From an uncultured Nitrospiraceae bacterium (GTDB taxonomy: Bacteria > Nitrospirota > Nitrospiria > Nitrospirales > Nitrospiraceae): a DNA stretch of 64,000 bases. Where the stretch lies: contig CAWJWJ010000001.1 of NCBI GenBank assembly GCA_963846575.1, positions 416,001-480,000 on the forward strand, in the 5' to 3' direction. The position numbers were made by a program, and so were the translations under genes. Under the pieces are notes generated by a model, which worked only from the letters and a program-made list of their open reading frames with translations, did not search any database and was not told the DNA's origin. Below are positions 56,449-64,000 of the stretch, piece after piece (position 1 is the first letter of the stretch; the number at the start of each line of letters is the position of its first letter).

Positions 56449-57699
56449 CTAGGCTCCGCGTGGGAATAATCGCGTCATGAGTTTGGTGGCGTCACGCGGA
56501 GCGGTCCCGACGATGTGTTCTTCCTGTTCGTGGAACCGTTTAGCGGCTCCTGATTGTACTTGAGCGCCACTGTCGCACAGTGCATACAGTATGGGTGGAA
56601 CTGTCTCCCCATGATTGCTCGTCAAACCGGGGTCACACACTACGAGCAGACGATAGGACGAATGGACGGCCAATGCCGAAAGAACCGGACCGACCACCTG
56701 CGCGTCAAACCGCTCGACGGCTCGAACCTTCTCCCTGATGTCAGTCGCATGGAGCACATCATCTGAAAGTCCGGCATGGAAGTACACGAGATCCTTCTTC
56801 GTCAACTCTTGTACCGCCGTCTCGACAGGTCCAGCAAATTCCTTTGATTCCTCTCCAGAACCGTCAGGCAATTCCAGCGCCTCCAGTCCGGCACATAGCC
56901 CAGCCCCTCGATGGACATCGCTCGCGGCGACGACGGCACCGGTGATTCCATAACGCTCCGGCAAGGGGGGCCAGAGCGACGCGCGCCCCTGTCCCCACAG
57001 CCACAGACAATTGGCCGGCTTGAGCCCCTCCTGCTGGCGTTCGTCATTCACGGGATGATCGCGCAATATGAAAAACGCCGCGTCCATGATTTTTCTCAGA
57101 ACGTCGGCGCCATCACCGGTCGGCAATGCATCAGCAAGGGACCGGCCGACCAGCTGCTGTGGATCGAGGCAGGTCGCGCGCGATTTCCCACCGACCCACA
57201 CCATCAAATGCCGATGTCCTGCGCCGGGATAGAATTGGATGGATTCCGACCCCAATTGTTCGTTGACGGCCTCGAGGAGTTCCCGCGCCTGATCGGTATC
57301 GATCAGACCGGCGGTCGCATCCTCCATGACGACATGCGCCCCCAACTTTTTGACCTCGGTCACAATGTCCTTGCTACCGGACGCACCCTCCCCGCGCACG
57401 GTTACCATCGTGCAACGAAAGACCACATCCTGCTCGCCCACCGTAATCCCGAGACCGGCAGCCTCGAGCGGGCCAGGGCCGGGATAATACTTTTTGGGAT
57501 CATAGCCCAGCACGGCCACACTCGTGACGTCACTACCGGCTGGCCCGCTTTCCGACGGAAGACTTAGCAGTCCGACTTCGCTGCTCTGGGCAATGCGATC
57601 AAAGTTAGGCGTTGAGGCCACCTCGAGTGCCGTTTTTCCACCGAGTTCCGGACATGGGAGGTCGGCCATCCCGTCGGCATGCAGGATCAAGTATTTCAT
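56449..57699 (-). CDS. ApgM-like cofactor-independent phosphoglycerate mutase / proposed homoserine kinase family protein
   Basis: DGMAD, TPNFD, GSD Ser motif, [10 protein letters not shown]; lies between thrC and lysC; C-terminal metal motifs diverged. Confidence 0.82.
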   Translation of the reverse strand: MKYLILHADGMADLPCPELGGKTALEVASTPNFDRIAQSSEVGLLSLPSESGPAGSDVTSVAVLGYDPKKYYPGPGPLEAAGLGITVGEQDVVFRCTMVTVRGEGASGSKDIVTEVKKLGAHVVMEDATAGLIDTDQARELLEAVNEQLGSESIQFYPGAGHRHLMVWVGGKSRATCLDPQQLVGRSLADALPTGDGADVLRKIMDAAFFILRDHPVNDERQQEGLKPANCLWLWGQGRASLWPPLPERYGITGAVVAASDVHRGAGLCAGLEALELPDGSGEESKEFAGPVETAVQELTKKDLVYFHAGLSDDVLHATDIREKVRAVERFDAQVVGPVLSALAVHSSYRLLVVCDPGLTSNHGETVPPILYALCDSGAQVQSGAAKRFHEQEEHIVGTAPRDATKLMTRLFPRGA

Positions 57700-57717
57700 G
57701 CAATGTTCCTGAGGTAA

Positions 57718-58776
57718 TCAGACATGAAGGAGGCGGGCCACATCGTCCCGAGTGGCTTTAACTGTCTTCGGCTGACGTGAAATGCCAATTGCCGTATCGG
57801 CATCTTTTAACCCATGCCCGGTCAAGGTACACACGACCGTCGAACCTTCTTTCAACATACCGGTCTGACTTAGCTTAACGACGCCGGCGACCGAGGTTGC
57901 CGAGGCAGGTTCGCAAAAGACCCCTTCCTCGCTGGCCACCAACGCATAGGCAGACAAAATCTCTTCATCCGTGACCATATCGATGGCGCCGGACGATTCT
58001 TGCACGGCCGTGAGCGCCGCCTGCCAGCTCGCCGGATTCCCGATGCGAATGGCGGTGGCGATGGTCTGGGGCTCATCCACTACGCGGCCCAGGACAATCG
58101 GTGCGGCACCTGCCGCCTGAAACCCCATCATCCGTGGCAAACGGGTGGTTTGATTCGCGGCACGATATTCTCGATAGCCATTCCAATAGGCGGTGATATT
58201 ACCCGCATTCCCTACGGGAAGTACATGGATTGTGGGGGCATCGCCGAGATCATCGCAAATCTCCATGGCGGCTGTTTTTTGCCCTTCAATCCTATAGGGG
58301 TTGATGGAGTTCACCAGTTCCACCGGATATGTCGCGGACAATTCTTTGACGATGGTCAACGCCTGGTCAAAATTGCCTTCTACTTGAATCACCGTGGCCT
58401 GGTGCATCATCGCTTGCGATAACTTCCCCAATGCGATTTTCCCCGCAGGAATGAGCACATAGACCGCAATACCCGCCCGAGCACCGTAGGCGGCGGCTGA
58501 AGCGGACGTGTTCCCCGTGGAGGCGCAGATCACAGCCCGCGCTCCGCCTTCGAGCGCCTTGGAAATGGCCATGGTCATGCCGCGATCCTTGAAGGATCCC
58601 GTGGGATTCATCCCTTCGTATTTGAGATAGAGATCCACACCCGGCGCAATTTTTCTTGCCAGTCTCGGCGCGCGGATCAGAGGGGTATTGCCCTCTCCCA
58701 AGGTAATGACGGGCGTTTGAGCCGTCACGGGAAGGAATTTGCGATACTCTTCGATGATACCGCGCCAGCGAGTCAT
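57718..58776 (-). CDS. thrC: threonine synthase
   Basis: [33 protein letters not shown]. Confidence 0.96.
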   Translation of the reverse strand: MTRWRGIIEEYRKFLPVTAQTPVITLGEGNTPLIRAPRLARKIAPGVDLYLKYEGMNPTGSFKDRGMTMAISKALEGGARAVICASTGNTSASAAAYGARAGIAVYVLIPAGKIALGKLSQAMMHQATVIQVEGNFDQALTIVKELSATYPVELVNSINPYRIEGQKTAAMEICDDLGDAPTIHVLPVGNAGNITAYWNGYREYRAANQTTRLPRMMGFQAAGAAPIVLGRVVDEPQTIATAIRIGNPASWQAALTAVQESSGAIDMVTDEEILSAYALVASEEGVFCEPASATSVAGVVKLSQTGMLKEGSTVVCTLTGHGLKDADTAIGISRQPKTVKATRDDVARLLHV

Positions 58777-58822
58777 AACAACCTTCTTGACCGTTCGACA
58801 GACACGGTCGGAAGTATGGCGC

Positions 58823-60136
58823 TCATTCGTCCCGTCCTTCGACCCGAATGAGGGTTGTGGGCTCTGAAATATAGGCCATGGTGTTGATGTCACGCAGGGC
58901 GTTCTGCATATCCCGTTCTTTTGCCATATGCGTCATGATGACCACAGGGACTGTCTGCCCCTCCTTGCGTCCTTGCTGCAATACGGACGAGATGCTGATG
59001 CCATAACGCCCCAGCACTCCCGCTATTTGCGATAACACTCCAGGCCTGTCCAGCACCATAAAACGGATATAGTAGAGTGAGGAGATCTCCTCCATCGGCC
59101 GTATCCGCAAGGGCCGTCGCTGGTCCTGCTGAAAGGAGGCAGGCGGAACGCGACCGGCAGCATTTTTGAGCAGGTTACGCGCGATGGACATCACATCGCT
59201 CACGACCGCACTACCTGTCGGCATCGAGCCGGCGCCACGACCATACAGTACCACGTCCTCGACGGCATCGCCTACCAGTTGAATGGCATTGTAGACCCCG
59301 TCCACCTTGGCAATCTGTGATGCCGAGGGCACCATGGTGGGATGCACACGCGCCTCGATTTCCCCATCCGAGTACTTTGCAATGGCTAACAGCTTAATCG
59401 TGAATCCGAATTCTTTCGCATAGGCAATATCAAGCGGGGTCAGCCTTTCAATGCCCTCCGTATAAATCTCCTTGAAATTTACAGGGGTACCGTACGCTAA
59501 ACTGACCATGATCGTCAGTTTATGCGCTGAATCGATTCCAGCAACATCGAACGTGGGATCTGCTTCGGCATATCCCGCTTGCTTGGCGTCCTCGAGCACC
59601 ACATCAAACCCATGCCCCTCGCTCGTCATGCGGCTCAGGATATAATTTGACGTGCCGTTGATGATGCCATAGATGGATTGGATCGTGTTCGCAGCCAACC
59701 CCTCCGTCAAGGACCGGATCACAGGGATCCCACCGCCCACACTCGCCTCAAAGCCCAGATCAAGCCCGTGACGGGCGGCGGCAGCGAAAATTTCCTCGCC
59801 ATGCACCGCCAATAAGGCTTTGTTGGCGGTCACCACGTGCTTGCCGTGCTGCACCGCCTCCAGAATGGCGCGTTTGGCCACGTCATAACCGCCTATCAAC
59901 TCCACCACAATGTCCACCCGCGGATCAGTCCAGACCTGCTGCATTTCGGTGGTGAGCATCTCGGGTGGCAGCGCAACGCCGCGATCACGAGTGATGTCCA
60001 AATCCGCAATCCGGACCAGATTGATCGGCACACCCACGCGTCGCCGAATGAGCCCCGCACTTTCCAGGAGGACCCGAGCGACCCCTGTTCCCACCGTTCC
60101 GAGCCCGATGATCCCCACCCCGATCTCAGTTTTCAT
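58823..60136 (-). CDS. hom: homoserine dehydrogenase
   Basis: [29 protein letters not shown]-terminal ACT domain. Confidence 0.97.
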   Translation of the reverse strand: MKTEIGVGIIGLGTVGTGVARVLLESAGLIRRRVGVPINLVRIADLDITRDRGVALPPEMLTTEMQQVWTDPRVDIVVELIGGYDVAKRAILEAVQHGKHVVTANKALLAVHGEEIFAAAARHGLDLGFEASVGGGIPVIRSLTEGLAANTIQSIYGIINGTSNYILSRMTSEGHGFDVVLEDAKQAGYAEADPTFDVAGIDSAHKLTIMVSLAYGTPVNFKEIYTEGIERLTPLDIAYAKEFGFTIKLLAIAKYSDGEIEARVHPTMVPSASQIAKVDGVYNAIQLVGDAVEDVVLYGRGAGSMPTGSAVVSDVMSIARNLLKNAAGRVPPASFQQDQRRPLRIRPMEEISSLYYIRFMVLDRPGVLSQIAGVLGRYGISISSVLQQGRKEGQTVPVVIMTHMAKERDMQNALRDINTMAYISEPTTLIRVEGRDE

Positions 60137-61329
60137 AATTCCTGATCATCCGAACTCAAAACTTTGCGAATACCGCGCAGCGCTTGACGGGTGCGATGTT
60201 CGTTTTCCACCAACGCGAATCGAACAAACTCATCTCCACCCTCTCCGAAGCCGATTCCCGGCGATACCGCCACCTTGGCTTCCCGCAGCAGGAGTTTCGA
60301 GAATTCAAGCGACCCCATATGCCGGAACGGATCGGGAATCCGTGCCCACACGAACATAGTCGCGCGCGGCAATCCCACAGGCCAGCCGATGCGATTAAGG
60401 CCATTCACCAGCACATTGCGCCGATTCTGGTAGCGCTGCACAACTTCCTTGACGCAGTCTTGCGGTCCGTTCAACGCCACCGTACTCGCGATTTGAATCG
60501 GCTGAAAAATCCCGTAATCCAGATAACTCTTCAACTTCGCAAGCGCGCCGATGACTTCGCGATTACCGACGCAGAATCCTACCCGCCAGCCGGGCATGTT
60601 ATAGGCCTTCGAGAGCGTATAAAACTCCACGCCCACATCTTTCGCTTCAGGCACCTGCAGGAAACTCGGCGCTTTATAACCATCGAAGGCAATATCCGCA
60701 TAGGCCAAGTCGTGGATCACGATGACATCGTGCTCCTTGGCGAACGCGACGATCTTCTTGAAAAACTCCAGATCGACCACCGCAGTCGTAGGATTGTGCG
60801 GGAAATTGATCACCAGAATGCGGGGCCGCGGCAAGGTCTGGCGGTAGACGCGCAGGAGATCATCGAAGAAATCACTATCCTGCCGCAGTTCAATTCCGCG
60901 TACTTCGCCACCGGCGATAATAAAACTGTACATGTGGATCGGGTAAGTCGGCGTCGGCGTGAGCACCACATCGCCTGGTCCGATGGTGGCTAGCGCCAGG
61001 TGCGCAATGCCCTCCTTGGATCCAATCGTCACAATGGCTTCGGTCTCGGGATCCAGGTCCACATCATAGTTTCGCTTGTACCAGGCGGTGATGCCATGAC
61101 GGAGCTTCGTGATTCCACGAGAAGCTGAATAACGATGATTTTTTGCTTTCTTCGAGGCCTCGATCAATTTGTCGACAATATGACCCGGCGTGGGCTGGTC
61201 CGGATTGCCCATGCCGAAGTCGATAATGTCTTCCCCCCGCTGACGCGCTTCCAGCTTGAGGGTTTGTACTTGCGCAAACACGTACGGGGGAAGTCGTTTG
61301 ATGCGGTAAAAACCGTCGCCGATCGCCAT
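60133..61329 (-). CDS. alaC: class I/II PLP aminotransferase (AlaC-like)
   Basis: [35 protein letters not shown]; substrate not certain. Confidence 0.75.
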   Translation of the reverse strand: MAIGDGFYRIKRLPPYVFAQVQTLKLEARQRGEDIIDFGMGNPDQPTPGHIVDKLIEASKKAKNHRYSASRGITKLRHGITAWYKRNYDVDLDPETEAIVTIGSKEGIAHLALATIGPGDVVLTPTPTYPIHMYSFIIAGGEVRGIELRQDSDFFDDLLRVYRQTLPRPRILVINFPHNPTTAVVDLEFFKKIVAFAKEHDVIVIHDLAYADIAFDGYKAPSFLQVPEAKDVGVEFYTLSKAYNMPGWRVGFCVGNREVIGALAKLKSYLDYGIFQPIQIASTVALNGPQDCVKEVVQRYQNRRNVLVNGLNRIGWPVGLPRATMFVWARIPDPFRHMGSLEFSKLLLREAKVAVSPGIGFGEGGDEFVRFALVENEHRTRQALRGIRKVLSSDDQEL

Positions 61330-61403
61330 TGATGTTTCAGACTCCTAAGGGCGCGGGTCCTTCTGTTGAACAGGCTCTGTGGCCACGTCGCTGAAAAGGG
61401 CGT

Positions 61404-61432
61404 ATTTTAATGGAGGCCTTAATGTGAGTCAA
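61404..61432 (-). promoter_or_regulatory. sigma-70 promoter of the aminotransferase-hom-thrC-lysC-cimA operon
   Basis: TTGACT-N17-TAAAAT on the minus strand. Confidence 0.7.
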
Positions 61433-61632
61433 TTTCACGACGAATCTAGCGAGTCGGAGATCACTGACATCTGCCGCGGGAGCAGCGCAGTTGCCAGCTT
61501 CTTTGGTACGAGCCTCTCCTTGCTCATCCCTGTCTTGTTCTGTTAATAATGCCTCAGTAACGGCAGAATTGTCTATGATTTTCGACCAGTTCCGAAACCT
61601 TTCTCCTGCATTTTGAGACACAGTGGGGAGGC

Positions 61633-62349
61633 GTGATGGCTCGATTGGGCGTCAATATCGATCATGTGGCGACACTCCGTCAGTCGCGAGGCGGGAAGGA
61701 TCCCGATCCGTTGACCGCGGCCATTCTCGTGGAACTGGCCGGCGCCGACGGCTTGGTCGTCCATCTACGGGAAGACCGGCGGCACATCCAGGATCGAGAT
61801 CTCCTCATGCTGCGGGAAATCGTTCGAACCAAATTGGATTTGGAGATGGCCGCTGATGACGAGATGGCCAAGATCGCCATGAACGTGAAACCGGACCTCG
61901 TTACCCTGGTCCCTGAACGGCGGCAGGAGTTGACCACCGAAGGCGGCCTGGATGTCGTGAATCACCGTGACCGGCTCCAGAAGATCGTCGACCTGCTGCG
62001 TGATGGCGGCATCCCGACCAGCCTTTTTGTGGAACCGAGCCTCGATCAGATCAAAGCCGCGCATAAAGTCGGGGCGGCCTACGTCGAACTCCACACCGGT
62101 CGATACTCGAATGCTACGCGTTCCAAGGAAGAAGACGAAGAATTTGAGGCGATCGCCCAAGCGGCCAAGCTGGCCTATAAACTCGGTCTTGGAGTGAATG
62201 CGGGCCACGGATTGACGTACAAGAACGTCAAACGTCTGGCCCGCTTGCCGGAGATCGTGGAATTTAATATCGGACACAGCATCATTGCCCGCTCCGTCAT
62301 GGTCGGACTCGTCCAAGCAGTCCGGGAAATGAGGGAACTTATAGCCTGA
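61633..62349 (+). CDS. pdxJ: pyridoxine 5'-phosphate synthase
   Basis: [39 protein letters not shown]. Confidence 0.97.
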   Translation: MMARLGVNIDHVATLRQSRGGKDPDPLTAAILVELAGADGLVVHLREDRRHIQDRDLLMLREIVRTKLDLEMAADDEMAKIAMNVKPDLVTLVPERRQELTTEGGLDVVNHRDRLQKIVDLLRDGGIPTSLFVEPSLDQIKAAHKVGAAYVELHTGRYSNATRSKEEDEEFEAIAQAAKLAYKLGLGVNAGHGLTYKNVKRLARLPEIVEFNIGHSIIARSVMVGLVQAVREMRELIA

Positions 62350-62399
62350 CGGCTGAGATCCGGGCGCCATGGGGCCAGCCCCACAGTATTTCACACGCC

Positions 62400-63956
62400 A
62401 TGATACCCATCGTGACCGCCGCCCAGATGCGCACCCTCGACCACCGGACAATCACGGAGGCACACGTTCCTTCCCTCACGCTCATGGAACGGGCCGGCGC
62501 CGGCATTGTCACCCATGTGGAAGAGCGGTATGGCCCCCTCGACGGAAAATCGATCACCATCGTGTGCGGCAAGGGCAACAACGGGGGGGACGGATTTGTC
62601 GCCGGACGATTATTGAAACGGAAAAATGCGCGCGTTCATATCTTTCTCCTCGCCTCTCCTACCGACCTTAGTCGAGACGCAAAACATGTGTACCAGCGAT
62701 TTCAACGCACGGCAGGTCGATCGGCCGTTACCCGCGCGACCGACGCCGAACAACTCCGCCAGCGGTTCGCGACCAGCGACGTGCTCATCGACGCTATCGT
62801 GGGGACGGGGTTGTCGGCCCCGATCACCGGCCTCTACCTTGATGCGGTTCTGGCGATCAATGCCGCTGCCCGCCCGACAGTCGCAGTCGATCTTCCCTCC
62901 GGCCTCCATGCAGACACCGGAAGCGTGTTAGGGGCCGCTGTCGAAGCAGAGCTTACCCTTACCTTCGGGCTACCTAAGGCCGGACTGTATACCGGCGCCG
63001 GTATCGACCATTCCGGAACAGTCCGGGTCGTCGATATCGGAATTCCTGCTGGATTTGTGGGAGCCATCGGTAGTGATCTACTGCTGTTGACCGGTGCAGC
63101 AGCCCATCGAACCCTGCCTACGCGGCGGACCTCTTCGCACAAGGGAACCTACGGGCACGTCGGCGTCATCGCTGGATCAGTCGGGAAGACCGGCGCTGCC
63201 GCCTTGGCGGCTTTGGCAGCTCTCCGCGTCGGCACTGGTCTGGTCACGGTCGCGGTTCCGTCGAGCGTCAACGATGTCCTCGAGGCGAAGCTACTGGAGG
63301 CCATGACCCTGCCGATGCCGGAGACCAAGTCTCGTACCTTCGCTCGCGGAGGCCTGGAGCGCCTTCTTGCTTTCGCTATGGCCCGCGATGCCGTGGTGGT
63401 GGGACCCGGCCTAACTACCCATCCGGAAACAGTCGACCTGGTACAGGAATTTGTCAAACGCATCGACAAGCCCTGCGTGTTGGACGCCGATGCGTTGAAT
63501 GCTCTGGCCGGAAAAGCCTCGCTCCTGACTGAATGTAAACGTCCACCCATCATTACCCCGCACCCTGGAGAGATGGCAAGGCTCGAACCCGAAGCGACCA
63601 CGCAGTCGGTCAATCAGGATCGGCTCGGAACGGCCACACGGTTTGCTCGCGAACGTGGCGTCTATGTCATCCTCAAAGGGGCCCGCACGGTTATCGCCAG
63701 GCCGGATGGGGTGGCGGCCATTTGTCCATCAGGCAATCCGGGAATGGCCACCGCCGGAACAGGAGATATCCTGACGGGCATGGTCGGCGGCCTGCTTGCC
63801 CAAGGGCTTTCCCCCTGGGACGCCGCCTGCACCGCCACCTACTTTCACGGATTGGCGGGCGATCTTGCGGCGAACCTCTACGGTCAGGCCGGTATGATTG
63901 CACGTGATCTGATTCGGCAGATTCCCCATGCGCTCACGCCTATTATCCAGATGTAA
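62400..63956 (+). CDS. nnr: bifunctional NAD(P)H-hydrate epimerase/dehydratase Nnr
   Basis: LMERAG, GKGNNGGDG, HKGTYG, ITPHPGE, MATAGTGD. Confidence 0.95.
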   Translation: MIPIVTAAQMRTLDHRTITEAHVPSLTLMERAGAGIVTHVEERYGPLDGKSITIVCGKGNNGGDGFVAGRLLKRKNARVHIFLLASPTDLSRDAKHVYQRFQRTAGRSAVTRATDAEQLRQRFATSDVLIDAIVGTGLSAPITGLYLDAVLAINAAARPTVAVDLPSGLHADTGSVLGAAVEAELTLTFGLPKAGLYTGAGIDHSGTVRVVDIGIPAGFVGAIGSDLLLLTGAAAHRTLPTRRTSSHKGTYGHVGVIAGSVGKTGAAALAALAALRVGTGLVTVAVPSSVNDVLEAKLLEAMTLPMPETKSRTFARGGLERLLAFAMARDAVVVGPGLTTHPETVDLVQEFVKRIDKPCVLDADALNALAGKASLLTECKRPPIITPHPGEMARLEPEATTQSVNQDRLGTATRFARERGVYVILKGARTVIARPDGVAAICPSGNPGMATAGTGDILTGMVGGLLAQGLSPWDAACTATYFHGLAGDLAANLYGQAGMIARDLIRQIPHALTPIIQM

Positions 63957-64000
63957 ATGATCGGGCTCGCCATCATTCGGGATCAAAAATGTGAACACAT

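Noticed and set aside
61481..61496. Minus-strand TGGCAAC-N4-CTGCT sigma-54-like element
   Set aside because: Weak match, and a good sigma-70 promoter lies closer to the operon
62350..62399. No acpS between pdxJ and nnr
   Set aside because: Gene-order variation only; acpS may lie elsewhere in the genome
1..64000. CRISPR arrays, IS elements, prophage, rRNA, and the many long antisense ORFs
   Set aside because: No repeat-spacer arrays, transposase or phage motifs seen; antisense ORFs are shadows of GC-rich coding genes

Overview
Bacterial chromosomal segment that looks Nitrospira-like from gene content and protein style (inference, not a database result). No CRISPR array, rRNA, prophage or IS element is supported. 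1-3 kb is a small-gene/regulatory patch with a Fur-like box, a structured RNA candidate, two micro-proteins below the ORF-track cutoff, a sigma-54 promoter and a PilZ gene. It is followed by a di-heme peroxidase/DUF1264/cytochrome c trio, a putative lysine-catabolism operon, ricT-like, a mini-zincin, EVE, YdcF, a decayed PQQ sugar-dehydrogenase gene, YkgJ, thrH, recQ, a Cys-rich alginate-export-type porin with a partner gene, tatA/tatB, a MidA-like methyltransferase and a lipid-A-modification-type cluster. Next come TolB-like and M1 peptidase genes, a dual-receiver regulator and ftsY-ybeY-phoH. 33-48 kb is a type IV pilus region with two minor-pilin cassettes, a frameshifted pilY1, a PilB-like ATPase and pilD. 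The rest is housekeeping: rlmB, cysS, dedA, surE, tRNA-Pro(GGG), merR, ihfA, cimA, lysC, apgM-like, thrC, hom, aminotransferase, pdxJ, nnr. Best leads: (1) a MauG/bCcP-family enzyme with Leu at the usual Met/Tyr heme-ligand position next to a His-rich DUF1264 lipoprotein and a cytochrome c; (2) a lysine-degradation operon ending in an HglS/DUF1338-like VOC protein; (3) a shared enhancer motif linking a sigma-54 micro-peptide/PilZ locus to a PilY1-less pilin cassette; (4) a candidate Fur-controlled sRNA. Family assignments come from motif recognition by eye; start codons were adjusted by hand using RBS and gene overlaps.
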